In this document: positions 26,465 to 39,195 of the stretch, in pieces
Layout: each line of letters opens with the position of its first letter
Numbering within the stretch: the first letter of the stretch is position 1
Assembly: GCF_963676685.1 (NCBI RefSeq)
Contig: NC_092346.1
Span: forward strand, 31,806,001 to 31,870,000
Length of the DNA: 64,000 nt
From: Mytilus edulis
Taxonomy: Eukaryota
Reading direction: 5' to 3'
Program-made: the position numbers and the translations under genes
The notes under the pieces: model-generated
The model's input: the letters and a program-made list of their open reading frames with translations, nothing else
Database searches by the model: none
What the model was told of the DNA's origin: nothing

Positions 26465-28402
26465 AACCAGGTGCTCCACAGGGTGCAGCTTTATACGACC
26501 GCAGAGGTCGAACCCTGAACAGTTGGGGCAAGTATGGACAAAACATTCAAGCGTGATACAGCTCTGAATTTGGATTGTGATCAAATTTTTTACATTACAT
26601 GTTTTTTTTTTACACAAAACAAATGTCAAGATTTTACAAATCAATTAAAGATTTCTTCTTCAAACTTTTTAAATCTAAAATTAAATAGTTGACACAGCAT
26701 AGGTTTCTGACACAGAATGAATGTGGTCTAATGAACTTAAAAGTTTTTGTTTGCCTTTGAGCAATTCACTATGCTGTTGAATATTAATCCTCTCAAAAAA
26801 ATGTTTGAAGAATTTTCTTTTTATTTATGAAATCTGAAATGAGAAAAATTCAACCCCCCCTTTTTTTCACATCCCCGTTTCCCTTTTTCCAAAACTGATA
26901 TCAATTCAAATTTCTAATGGAGTTTGCAACAATAACTACTCTTTTAAATACATCATAAAATATTAAAATGTAAAATAAAGTGCTTGTTATCACTGAATGG
27001 TAAAGATTGGTTGGTAGTAAAAGTGAATATACATTGTTTATTGTATAAAACAATAAAAAAAACTTCTTCAGCAACATTTTATATTGTCAAATTTCCAATG
27101 AAGTTATTTACATAAAGTTATTGGCAAATAAAAATAGAAAATGACATCATAGTCATGTCTGGCAAATGTCCAACATACATTATCTAAAAACATTTTAGAT
27201 AAGATAAGGAAAAAAAGCTTCATCAGCAACATTTTATATTGGCAAATTTCCAATGAAGTTATTTACATAAAGTTATTGGCAAAAAAATAGAAAATGACAT
27301 CATAGTCATGTCTGGCAAATTTCCAACATATATTATCAACTACTATTCTATACAAAGAAAGATAACTCCAATTGAAAATTAATTGCTATTGCACAATATT
27401 GTGCAATTAGATATTTCTTGCTATTGTGCAATACTGTGCAATTGAAAATTTCTTGCTATTGCACAATACTTGATATGGAATACTGATTTGGACCAACTTG
27501 AAAACTTGGCCCATAATCAAAAATCAAAGTACATATTTAGATAAAGCATATCAAATTAGCCCAAGAATTTAATTTTTGTTAAAATCAAACTTAGTTTAAT
27601 TTTGGACCCTTTGGACCTTAATGTAGACCAATTTGAAAACTGGACCAAAAATTAAGAATCTACATACACAGTTAGATTTGGCATATCAAAGAACCCATTT
27701 ATTAAATTTTTGATGAAATCAAACAAAGTTTAATTTTGGACCCCCATTTGGACCAACTTGAAAACTAGGCCAATAATTAAAAGTCTAAGTACATTTTTAA
27801 ATTCAGCATATCAAAGAACCCCAAGGATTCAATTTTTGTTAAAATCAAACTAAGCTTAATTTTGGACCCTTTGGACCTTAATGTAGACCAATTTGAAAAC
27901 GGGACCAAAAATTAAGAATCTACATACATAGTTAGATTCGGCATATCAAAGAACCCCAATTATTCAATTTTTGATGAAATCACACAAAGTTCAATTTTGG
28001 ACCCTTTGGGCCCCTTATTCCTAAACTGTTAGGACCAAAACTCCCAAAATCAATCCCAACCTTCCTTTTGTGGTCATAAACCTTGTGTTAAAATTTCATT
28101 GATTTCTATGTACTTATACTAAAGTTATTGTGCGAAAACCGAGAATAATGCTTATTTGGGCCCTTTTTTGGCCCTTAATTCCTAAACTGTTGGAACCAAA
28201 ACTCCCAAAATCAATCCCAACCTTCCTTTTGTGGTCATAAACCTTGTGTTAAAATTTCATTGATTTCTATTCACTTTTACTAAAGTTAGAGTGCGAAAAC
28301 TAAAAGTATTCGGACGACAGCGACGACATCGACGCCGCCGACGACGCCAACGTGAGAGCAATATACAACCAAAAAATTAAAATTTTTGCGGTCGTATAAA
28401 AA
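26465..28402 (-). mobile_element. Inverted copy of the 2-kb Helentron-like element seen at 7683-9663
   Basis: Reverse-complement match along both ends and the internal repeats. Confidence 0.88.
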
Positions 28403-28424
28403 TTTGTCACTGTGAAAAATCTTT

Positions 28425-29463
28425 CTTAGACAGTTCTATTGTTGTTTTATTGATTTTGTCAAAGCTTTCGACAGTGTGTCACATTATGTTTTATGGCAAA
28501 AAATGTTAAAATGCGGTACATTGTATTAGTGGAAATTTACTAAATCTTATTAAATCAATGTATTCTAAGTTAAAAACTTGTGTTAAATTAGATGGTGAAT
28601 TTTCAGATTTCTTTCATTGTAATGTTGGCCTAATGCAAGGCGAATCATTATCACCATTTTTATATTCAATTTATGTAAATGACATAGAAATTGAGTTAAT
28701 TAAACAAGGAATAGAACCATATGAAGTAAAATTGTTAAATCTTTATCTGTTTATGTATGCTGATGATACAGTTCTCTTCAGCGAAAGTATTTCTGAATTA
28801 CAAAAAATGATAGTCACTGTATATGATAGTTCCTACAAGAATGGTCTTGACATTAATTTAAGGAAAACCAAAATAGTTGTTTTTCGTTACAAAGGTGTAC
28901 TGAAAGAGAATGAAAAATGGTATTTGAATGGTAAAATGATAGAAATGTGTGATCAGTTTGTATATTTTGGTTTGTTATTAAACTATAACGGTACTTTTAC
29001 TGTAACACAGAAAGCACTATCTGAACAGGGTAGAAAGGCTACATTTTGTTTATTGAGTAAGATTTATGATGATTGTTATAACACTGAGAGTCTGAGACTT
29101 TGATATCCTTATTTGATACATATGTAACAAGTATTGTGAATTATGGTTGTGATAAATATGTAAATGTCAGAAGTAAATATATTAAGATATATTATTATAG
29201 AAACCCATCTACTTTCAAATTAGTCCAATTACTATCTGTAAGAAATATTAAAGAATTAAATAATCTGGGTAAATACCTGTATGAGGCAGAGAAAATTTGT
29301 AACACTTGATTTTTGTTATGTACCTTTATTTGCAATGTAAATTGTATGCCAAACTCCGCTATATATTAATGCTGTATATGTTTATGTAAACTGTATTAAA
29401 TTTGTGTATGTATTTAATCCTATGAGCTGTATATTTGCTTACGGAATAAAGAATTATTAGAAT
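28425..29463 (+). mobile_element. 5'-truncated non-LTR retrotransposon (CR1/L2-like reverse transcriptase fragment)
   Basis: Motifs FIDFVKAFDSV (about 28446), GLMQGESLSPFLY, YADD and KTK. Frameshifted and internally deleted. 3' AATAAA followed by a short-repeat tail. Confidence 0.88.
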
Positions 29464-30741
29464 TTAAAATCACTGCACACAAAATCATTTTATTAAATTA
29501 GTATACACAAAAGGATTATAGAAATAAAAATTAACAGCTGTAAAAACAAACAGCAATTAATCAGATTAAAATGTCCAGGGGCAATGCCACTATTACATGT
29601 ATTTTATCTAATTAGCAAAATATTGCTAATATTTAGACATAATATACATTGTTTGTACTAAAAATTATTTTCAATATTGTGACAAGCACACTTATTAATG
29701 TTTTTAAAGTAAAAAAAAATATTTTTGATTTATTTATAATTGCTTTCTTTATATTATGTTTACTTTAAATGACTTCATTTCTGGCATGTCAAAATACCCC
29801 TTGATGTATTGACAAGTTAATAGGAACCAATTCCCTCTCCTATCAATATGATGATCTTTTGATCATGGAACTTCTATGTTTTGATCAAGCAACATCTGCC
29901 ACATTTGCTAGAAATACTATTTAGAATTGCTGTCAAAGTGTTCAGACCAGAGAGATTCAGACTAAATGACAAAACATTAAAATAACTAATGATTATCAAA
30001 TGCAACGCTTAAACTATGCTTACATGAATATTTTACACATGTATGATATATATATTGATAAAAAATATCATGATGAAATGTAATGTGTATTTAATTAAAT
30101 TAATTTAATTAATTACATTTCCAAAACTGTGTAATGTGTAATTAGTGTAATTGATCATTTTTGCAATGTAATGTGTAATTTGATTAATTACATTCCAATG
30201 TAATTGACCCCAAGTCTGGTATATGGAAACATATAGTTGTTAATTTCTCTGTCATTTGGTCTCTTGTGGAGAGTTGTCTCAATTGGCAATTATAACACAT
30301 CTTTTTTATATAAAGATGGTTAGTTCTGTTTATTTTCACTGATATTGCAGTATGAACTAACTTACCCCTTAGCCATGCATCCATGCATGGTTAACCCTCC
30401 TAAATTAATTTGCTTCCATCATACATTTCTTATCAATTCTCCAAAATTCAAAATTATTCCGGATTCAAATAATTCCTTGTTTTAACAGTTATTACAATTT
30501 TACAAAATTTTCCTTTGATCTTACTGACTGATAATTTCCTTTCTCAGCGCAGTAAAGTGATATGAAAAATTATCTCTTGAAACTAAGGGTCTACTGCCCA
30601 TTGTCAATAAATTAAACAATGGAGTCATAGGTAAAATAGCAATAAACATGTACAGATTATCGTTGGTCATCTCAACTTGATTGCTTTTCTCACTTTCGTT
30701 GAGATGATCAACGATAATCTATAGTTATAACTGATTTTCAG

Positions 30742-30853
30742 GTTGTCAGATCTATACTATGATGTGGAGTCCTCCCGACCTGGTGTCCACTTTACAGGAG
30801 ATAGAGAACTGATACCAGTTAGGGGAGGAAAGAAAGGAGATGTTTATCAATTG
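30742..30853 (+). CDS. EIF2AK4: GCN2 fragment exon 4: LSDLYYDVESSRPGVHFTGDRELIPVRGGKKGDVYQL
   Basis: ttcag and gtgagg boundaries. GKKGDV motif. Confidence 0.9.
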
Positions 30854-31146
30854 GTGAGGATCTTGATTTATAAAAAAAAACCAACATTACTATGATTATT
30901 GTTTTTGTATTTTGACTTGATTGCCTCTGAATTATCTGATGAAAACATAAAAATAACTTCATATGGTATGCTTGTACTTTGTAACTAAATTACATCTGTA
31001 AAATACCTATTTATGCCAAAGCAGAAGGGGCATTAAGTTTTACCCTTGTCCATCTGTATGTATGTCCTACATACTTCCCAAAGTTGGTTTCCATTCTTTA
31101 ACTTCAGTTTGTTTCAACCAAATGTTATGAAACTTATACAAAATGC

Positions 31147-32155
31147 TTTTTAGCTCACCTCGCCCAAAGGGCCAAGTGACTTGGCGTCCGTCATCGTCGT
31201 CCGTCGGCGTTGTTTGTCGTTAACTTTTACAAAAATCTTCTCCTCTGAAACTACTGGGCCAAATTAAACCAAACTTGGCCACAATCATCATTGGGGTATC
31301 TAGTTTAAAAAATGTGTGGCCTGACCTGGCCAACCAACCAAGATGGCCGCCATGGCTAAAAATAGAACATGGGGGAAAAATGCAGTTTTTGGCTTATAAC
31401 TCAAAAACCAAAGCATTTAGAGCAAATCTGACATGGGGTAAAAGTGTTTATCAGGTCAAGATCTATTTGCCCTGAAATTTTCAGACAAATCGCACAACCT
31501 GTTGTTGAGTAACTGCCCCTGAATTAGTAATTTTAAGGAAATTTTGCAGTTTTTGCTTATCTTGAATATTATTATAGATAGAGATAAACTGTAAACAGCA
31601 ATAATGTTCAGCAAAGTAAGATCTACAAATAAGTCATCATGTCCAAAATTGTCAATTCACCCATTAAGGAGTTATTGCCCTTTATAGTCAATTTTTAACC
31701 ATTTTTCTAAAATTTTAGTATTCTTATAAAAAATCTTCTCCTCTGAAACTACTGGGCCAAATATAACCAAACTTGGCCACATTATATTTATAATAGATAG
31801 AGATAAACTGTAAACAGCAATAATGTTCAGCAAAGTAAGATCTACAAATAAGTCAACATGGCCAATTTTTTAGTTTACCCCTTTAGGAGTTAATGCCCTT
31901 TATAGTCATTATTTATCAATTTTCATAAATTTTTGTAAATTTTTGTAAATTTTTAGAAAATATTTTCCACTGTAATTACTGGGCCAAGTTCATTATAGAT
32001 TGAGATAATTGTAGCAAGAAGAATGTCCAGTAAAGTAAGATCTACAAACACATCATGATCATCAAAACACAATTTTGTCATGAATTTATCCGTGTCCATT
32101 GTTTAATATGCACTTAGACCAAGGTGAGCGACACAGGCTCTTGAGGGCCTCTAGT
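31147..32155 (+). mobile_element. Helentron-like element
   Basis: tttttagctcacct ... aggtgagc subterminal IR, CGT-rich microsatellite and 3' hairpin aggctcttgagggcct. Confidence 0.85.
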
Positions 32156-32389
32156 TTTGTTTACCTCCCTTCCCCTTTAAAGAAACACAAGCCATTAACC
32201 AAACCAAAAAAACGAGAACAGATTTGAGTCCTATACGCATGCTGAGTGTCCTTAAACTTAAGTTAAATAATAAAGATATGAAAATGAAAGAAAAGTCTTC
32301 AAAGTCACTTTTAAGTAGAAACTAAATGGAAGATAAATTGTTAAAGCCTTTTGGTGTTATCTTATCATTCAATGTCTTGTTTTTAACAG

Positions 32390-32490
32390 GGTTTGATACT
32401 GTTATCTGTAGCTATTGGATTAGATGCTGATCCAGGAAAGCCAGAAATACCACAAAATTTCCCTCCTGTGTTTCAAGACTTCTTAACTAA
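32390..32490 (+). CDS. EIF2AK4: GCN2 fragment exon 5: GLILLSVAIGLDADPGKPEIPQNFPPVFQDFLT(K)
   Basis: aacag and gtatga boundaries, in frame with exon 4. Confidence 0.9.
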
Positions 32491-33020
32491 GTATGATTTG
32501 TGTTGTATGACTTATATTCATTAATCTGACTTTGATATGAGATTTAGAAAAGAAAATTATTTCAGTAGGTTATTATGTTTCCCGCTTATTTCAAGATTTC
32601 TTGACTGCAAAATTTGTATGAAAATGAAAGGTGGAAGATACCCTTAAAGGGAAATTTAAACTCATGAGTAGAAAAAAGGACTAAACAATGGCAAAATAAA
32701 ATGGAAAATGAAAATGAGAAATGTGCCTAAGAGAACGACCAATTAAAAAGGAGAAAACAGCCCAAGGCCACCAATGGGTCTTCAACACATTGAGAAAATC
32801 CTGCACCCGGGATTAGGGTTCAGCTGGTCCCTAAACAAAAGTGTGTACTAGTTCAGCGAAAATGTCATACTTAAGTATGACTTATATTTAGTTGTATGAA
32901 TGATTTTACTTTGCCTTTTCACTAATTAAAATTATTAGTTTGAAAAGAATTCAAGTAAGTTTAATATCATTTTCAAAGATAGAAAATTTATTATATTTTA
33001 TTTTTTTTAAATTGTTTTAG

Positions 33021-33149
33021 ATGTTTGATGAAAGATGAGAGACATCGTTGGTCAGTGTATCAATTGTTGGACCATAGTTTTATCAAAGAAGAATTACCAC
33101 ACACAATTCATTATGCTCCTCACTGCTGCTACAGAAGAAAACGAAAAAA
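33021..33149 (+). pseudogene. EIF2AK4: GCN2 fragment exon 6: CLMKDERHRWSVYQLLDHSFIKEE..., frameshifted near its 3' end
   Basis: tttag and gtatgt boundaries. It ends in phase 2, but the next exon needs phase 1. Confidence 0.82.
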
Positions 33150-33171
33150 GTATGTTGTGTATTTGTTATAT

Positions 33172-33320
33172 AAAAAAGAATATGTGGTATGATTGCCAAT
33201 GAGACAACTCTCCACAAGAGACCAAAATGATACAGAAGTTATCAACTATAGGTCACCGTATGGGCTTCAACAATGAGCAAAGCCCAAACCGCATAGTCAA
33301 CTATAAAAGGCCCTGAAATG
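33172..33320 (+). mobile_element. Copy of an abundant dispersed repeat (tgtggtatgattgccaatgagacaactctcca...)
   Basis: Related copies at about 6848, 25015, 43415 and 56680, and inverted at 25590/30221. Confidence 0.65.
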
Positions 33321-33339
33321 AGTATAGTTTAGTTGTACA

Positions 33340-33720
33340 ATGAAGAGATAACTGTATTGTATTTAAAGCTTGGACAGCATCAATTGGTGATTTGATGGTC
33401 ACAAATTAAGTTTATTGGCATCTCTTTTGTTAATGTTGTTTTCTATCAGTCTCATTAGAATGGAGATAACAGTATTGTAGTTTAAGCTCAGACAGCATCA
33501 ATTAGTGATTTGATGGTCACAAATTAAATTTACTGGCTACAAGTTAGTTAACATTGTTTTCTATCAGTCTCATTAGAATGGAGATAACAATACTATATTT
33601 TAAGCTCAGACGGCATCAATTGGTGATTTGATGGTCGCAAATCACCCATTGATGTTGTCTGAGCCTAAAATACATATTGTTATCTCCATTCTAATGAAAC
33701 TTATAGAAAACAACATTAAA
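33340..33720. repeat. 118-bp tandem repeat (x3) ending in a fold-back inverted copy
   Basis: gagataac at 33345, 33463 and 33581. Arms at about 33550-33630 and 33638-33720 are reverse complements around a 7-nt loop. Confidence 0.85.
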
Positions 33721-34517
33721 ACATGCACTTAGTTTAATTTCGTTTTTAAGTGCTTGTGGCCCAAAGGTATGTTTAATTGTTCAAAAACAAAATCAATTAT
33801 ACAGATTAAAACAATATTTTAAATATTTCACTACTGTTTTAACTAATAACCATAAGTGTATTGAAAGGATCAATTAGATGAGTGTATATGGATTATATAT
33901 AATTTTATTGGCTTTATAAACAATATCACCATAAAAGCCAACTATGACAAGCCTTTGAGCCAGAAATGGAATTTACATCAAAAAGAAAAATTAAAACATC
34001 AAATTAGGATTTAACTATGCATTTTTAAAAATCAATTATTCTTCAGACAAACGTCTTTCCAATATATGTACATTTCCCCAATGGCAAGCGAGATTACCCC
34101 AAAGTTTTATTTTTGACAAATTTTATCACATTCTGGAGCGTTCAATAAGATTTTAAATTGTCTGATGAAGAAGTTTGACACTGGAACAGGACATATGATA
34201 TCATACTGGTATGTGCAAAAGACTTGATCAATGAGTCACAAACTTTCTATTCAACATTAATAGAATTTTAACCACTTAAGAGAAATGAATTCAACAACTT
34301 GTGAGAATTGGATATTGCTTGATATCAACTCAAGATTGTCTTTTCATTTGAATAGTAATAATAAACTCACCTAAGATTCTGATTGTTTATAATTATTTTG
34401 AAATTAAATAGTTGTTATCAAGCAGCTTCAAAATCTCAATACTTACGAAACCTAAAAATCATAATTTAAAAAAAAGGAAAAATAACAGGATGAGTAATAG
34501 TATTTTTCTAATTATAG

Positions 34518-34672
34518 AACAAGACGTAAACAAAGACAATGATTCAGAAGATGATGACTTAGCTGATTTACCCTTCATCACGTTTTTAGAGACCAGTGGA
34601 CAGTCCCATCTAACTAATGAATTTGAAGTCCTTAGGTCCCTAGGGAAAGGAGGATTTGGTGATGTCATTGAG
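34518..34672 (+). CDS. EIF2AK4: GCN2 fragment exon 7: acidic linker plus kinase subdomain I (EFEVLRSLGKGGFGDVIE)
   Basis: tatag and gtaatt boundaries. Gly-rich loop. Confidence 0.9.
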
Positions 34673-35638
34673 GTAATTACATCCAGAATAGGCATTGTAA
34701 TGTGTCCTAGACTCCATTTTCTTGCTTAATTGAGCAGGTTTAATTAAACTCATCATAGATACCAGGATTGAAATTTTGTATTTGCACCAGACTCACGTTT
34801 TGTTTTCAATAGACTCATCAGTAATGCTTGATTCAATGAAGTTAAAAAAGCTGAATTAAGGGGAGGCTTATTTGTCAGGTCGGTGTGCCAATCTGGTCTT
34901 TAGTCTGTCTGTCTGTTGTTAGTTGGTCTTTCCTGTTTCAGTCACAATAATATTTGGTTAAAGAAAATTTGCTTTAATTTGTGGTTACAACTACTATAAA
35001 CTTAGCACACATGTTCATTATAATGTGAAATTTGGAAAAGATATGCCAAATAAGGGTGTTGATCCCAATTTTGTGATTTGTTGTTTTTTGGCATGAAGTC
35101 TGAAGTCTAATCATCTGATGGTTCATTATGCATTCAGTACTGAAACTAGTTGTTTTGATTACCAATGAGTTTGCCATTTCAAAATCTAAAGCATTCTGGG
35201 TAAAATTGTCATAGATTTTCATCACATGTTTTGATAGGTTAACAACATCTTAAACAATGAATATTCAACCAATGACATATATTAATATTTTTAATTGCGG
35301 TACAAACATTGAAATTACCCCTTATGTTCTTAGTGGTGAACTAAAAAAAAAGGACTTTTACAGAACAGTTAAATTTCTGAAAATATAACACTGCATAAGC
35401 CAAAAACCTGTCTTAAATGAATTATCAATCAGAACTTTAAGCTGATCACCTGTCTAATCCAAACTAAATCATCAGTTCCTGACAAGTTAGGTTTGACAAA
35501 TTTCACTGCATGTAGATTGCATTGCACAGTTGACAATTCTGTAGTCTAATCAGTCTAAGACATCTTTGTAATGTATGTATATTCAGCCATCATGATTTTA
35601 TTAACACTGTAAACAAACTTTTTTCTTCTTTTTCACAG

Positions 35639-35774
35639 GTTAGAAATAAACTAGATAGAAGAAAATATGCTATTAAAAGAATACCATTGAATCCTAAAAG
35701 TAAATACTTCAACAAGAAAATCACCAGGGAGGTCAAATTACTGTCTCGTCTTAATCATCAAAAAATGTTGTCAG
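35639..35774 (+). pseudogene. EIF2AK4: GCN2 fragment exon 8: VRNKLDRRKYAIKRIPLNPKSKYFNKKITREVKLLSRLNH, +2 frameshift in an A-run
   Basis: cacag and gtaact boundaries. Six A's at 35760-35765 where four would give HQNVVR. Confidence 0.88.
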
Positions 35775-36320
35775 GTAACTATTTATGCCCTTTTTTTAGA
35801 CTTGTGTTACTTATGTGGATTTATTTATTTTCATGTGGAACAACTTTCATGGATTGATATAAACTTGCAGTTTCATGGTTTGCTTGATATTACATACATT
35901 CCTAATAGGAATTTTCTTTACAAAGTTTGCAATTTGTTGAAAATTTTAATTTGTGGTTACCCTGAAATCAAGAATCCAGTAAAATCCATTGTTGAAAAAA
36001 ATAATCATATTTCAAATTGAATTTTTCAATATTTGTATACAGAATAAAGAAAAGTTGATTTAAAATTGTAATGACTTTAAATATATATAGATGTTGTCTG
36101 CAGTATGGCATAGATATCATATGATAAACATTAAACTGAAGACTCATTTAAATTTGCAGTGGGGTGTGATCTTCACTTCATGTAGAAGGTTTCACTGTAA
36201 CTTTGAGAAGGATAACAGCAGTAAAATGACTTTTGTTTTTAATATCAAGTGTGTGTAGGAGTTTTGTTTAATGAATTAATAAAACATTTTAGTTTCAAAC
36301 ACTACCACTTTTTTCGATAG

Positions 36321-36552
36321 GTATTATAATTCCTGGATTGAGACCAGTGAGGATAGAGCGCACAGTGACTCATCAACATCCTGCTCCACGACCACAGGTA
36401 CTGGTACAACAGGTAAAACTCAATCAACCAGCGACAGCAGTTCCTTAATGAAGAACAGTCTAAATTTTGAAATGATTATTGGAATACAAGAAGTTACAAG
36501 TGTCTCAATGGCTAGCTGGTGTCCATTTTCTCCTAGTGAAGCCGTGAAGTAG
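36321..36552 (+). pseudogene. EIF2AK4: GCN2 fragment exon 9: YYNSWIE plus S/T-rich kinase insert, running into a TAG
   Basis: gatag acceptor. YYNSWIE is the eIF2-alpha kinase subdomain IV motif. The 3' limit of true homology is uncertain. Confidence 0.75.
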
Positions 36553-36843
36553 CCCATTTTATCATAACTAACAATGTAAGCTTAAATGTCTAAATCTGAT
36601 TTGAGTTCTGACAGAACACATTAAAAGAAATTGGTATCAAATTGGGGATCCAAGTTTACGCTAAGGATTGCCATTGCTTTTTCATTGTTCTAAGGTGTCG
36701 TGTACCATGAATTAATTACATTATGTGTATGACTCTATATAATTTATATCTAAATTACAGTTTAAAATTTTCTAAAGAAACCGAAGTAGATATTTTATAT
36801 ACGGTATAATTAGTTATCAAAAGTACCAGGATTATAATTTAGT

Positions 36844-36887
36844 ACGCTAGATGCGCGTTTCGTCTACATAAGACTCATCAGTGACGC
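36844..36887 (-). ncRNA. Type I minimal hammerhead ribozyme within a retrozyme fragment (about 36811-36950)
   Basis: Reverse complement reads gcgtca CTGATGA gtct-tatgt-agac GAAAC gcgc ATC tagcgt. Confidence 0.78.
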
Positions 36888-38529
36888 TCAAATCGAAATA
36901 TTGATAAAGCCAAACATGTACAAAGTTGAAGAGCATTGAGGATCCAAAATAAACAAGATATTTAGTAGGAGGGCATTTTTTTTTAATCGGTACTCGGAAA
37001 GCTTTTATTCTTTTCAAATTATATACAGTATAAAATAAACAAGATATTTAGGAGGGCAATTTTTTTTAAGTCAGTACTCAGAAAGCTTTTACTCATCTCA
37101 AATATCAAATAAAGTGGAAATTCATTAAGAAAACAAAGACCTAGAAGATTATATTGGGAGTTTGGACAAGATAATATTTAGATTTAATCAGCTTCCTCAA
37201 ATTCATTAAGGCATTCTCCTACAAGTGTTGACTCTGAATCTGATTGTGTAAACACAAAATATTGACTTTGTTACAACCAGAAAGCAAGCAGTCTGTTTGC
37301 ACATTAAGCAACGTTTAAATTGCCCTCTATGATACAATTAATCTGGAATGCAACATGCATAAGTTCAAAAGGCAAACTTACACTGCTATTTGAGTAATTG
37401 CTTGATTTGTTTGATGTTATATGTATGGGTTATTAAACGAAGAAGATTCAACTTGTATCTGTGTAAAAGTTTTGAAGATTTCAAATGGTTGTAGCTATTT
37501 AAGTAATTGGAGTATCTGTTTGAAGTCTTTGATATCTATCACATACAAATGAGCAGAGAATCAACTTGGGTGTGAAAAACTTCAAATCAACTTGGAAAAT
37601 TTCAAAACATTTTGTAAACATGTGAGAAAGGTTTTTCTTCATAGTTAGACAAGATAGATAAAAATTTGTTAGCGGTTGGAAAAAATGGGGAAGTGTAGGG
37701 ACAATTTTTTTTTTTTAACAATTTTATGTTTTTGTTGAAAAAGTTTTGGAATTTTCATGTGTTTGTTGTCTATTTGTTTTGAAATTTTAAGAATTTAGCA
37801 TAAAAGTTTGGTGATTATTGAAAGTAGAACCATATGTGTAAATCAACCTTGCCTTATTACATATTAAAGTAACTAGTAGTGTTTGCTTTTGTATACAACA
37901 TGTTACTTAGCAGTTTGTTCCCCATGAATTCTATATTTACATCTGGGAATTGGAATAATTAGCAAAAATAAATAAAAATGAGAAGAATAATATCATTAGG
38001 GTTGTCTGCAGGGTGATGAGGAATTCAATGGCATAGGAATCCGAAAGGCTCATCAACTTGTAACTTAATCTCATGAAAAACTTTTAATGGCTCTAAAGAA
38101 GTAATTTAGGGCAAAAGATGTTTTCACCAGCCTTCTCCTCTGATCCATTTTATTTCTCAACAAACATTTATCATGAATTAAATGTTTTTTTTGAATGGTT
38201 TAAAGACTTTTGTCAACAATTTGAAGATAAACTTGAAATTTGGCTAAGTTTCGGTTGTAATTTAGAAGTAAATATCTGTACTGAGGTTGACAGGGGAGGT
38301 CAGAGGTCACCTTAGTAATGAGAATTTGTCCAAATCTTGGCAAATGATGATCTAGACTCTGGTTTTTGTGTGGCGCCTCACTTGTATATCAGTCATTAAT
38401 CATTCCTTAGTGACAGTTTGTCCACAATTAGGCCAAAGTCAAATTATTTTGTTGATAATTAGAAAAGGCCAGTGCAAAAATAATATTGGTTAACTTAAAA
38501 AGTTAATTTTTTATTTTTTTTATTTTCAG

Positions 38530-38588
38530 GTTTATTAATGCAAGGCGAAGAATAGTGCAACCAATGATTGACCAATCAAATAGAGCAG
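38530..38588 (+). CDS. Meis: Meis homeodomain helix-3 exon (copy 2)
   Basis: Identical to 1082-1140, with intact splice sites. Confidence 0.93.
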
Positions 38589-39195
38589 GTAAGAATATGA
38601 ATATTTTTGTAATATTTGCCACTAGACACTTCAGGGGACAGCAATTAGTATATATTAATTCCCTTATACAAAAATTTGTTTGTTTTGCCAAATTTTATAC
38701 TAATAACCTAAAAAAAATCAAATTTGAAAAATTAATTTAAATTAAAACATAAAACTTTCCATGTCTTTTTTTAACTATGCAAATTTACACTCCTCCCCCT
38801 TTCTGATTTTAAACCTTCTGGTATGGAAATACATCAAGCATTTCAATTTCCATCCAAATGGCCATTTAATTGCCTAAGCTTTAAGGATTATAAATTATTG
38901 TGACTTGCAGAATGCCAACCTGACAATAGAATACGAACAAAAAAATAAACACAAAAATTATGATTTCCTTTTCTTAATTAAAATCTAATGTATATTGTTT
39001 AGTAGGTATAAAAATGACGGAAATGAAATGAAGACATTTGTCATTATAACCACATTACGATTGGTTTTTCTCTATAAAATTCATGACACGGTCATTTTGG
39101 CATGTTGCAAGTGAAACAATACACCATTGTAGTCTTACATAATATCAAACCTATAAACCCATCAACTGTCAAAAATATGCAAATAAGAGAAAAGT

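Larger units (their letters stand above)
25646..30218. mobile_element. hAT-like non-autonomous element with GTAAT/ATTAC-rich ends, expanded by nested insertions
   Basis: Imperfect TIRs (caggggtggggtaatt / aattgaccccaagtctg) and an imperfect 8-bp flanking repeat gtatggaa/atatggaa. It splits one copy of a dispersed repeat (25590-25645 plus 30221-30310). Confidence 0.6.
13497..36552 (+). pseudogene. EIF2AK4: Internal fragment of eIF2-alpha kinase GCN2: 9 exons (13497-13607, 20968-21120, 24867-24931, 30742-30853, 32390-32490, 33021-33149, 34518-34672, 35639-35774, 36321-~36552), with frameshifts
   Basis: The spliced peptides follow GCN2 order: pseudokinase (LRHKNLIHYL, YLHKKDVVHK, IGDYSIDKR, GKKGDVYQL, FQDFL, HSFI), then the kinase N-lobe (LGKGGFGDV, RNKLD..YAIKRI, ITREVKLLSRLNH, YYNSWIE). 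AG acceptors at all nine exons and GT donors at exons 1-8. Frameshifts in exons 6 and 8; no RWD, C-lobe or HisRS exons were seen. Confidence 0.88.
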
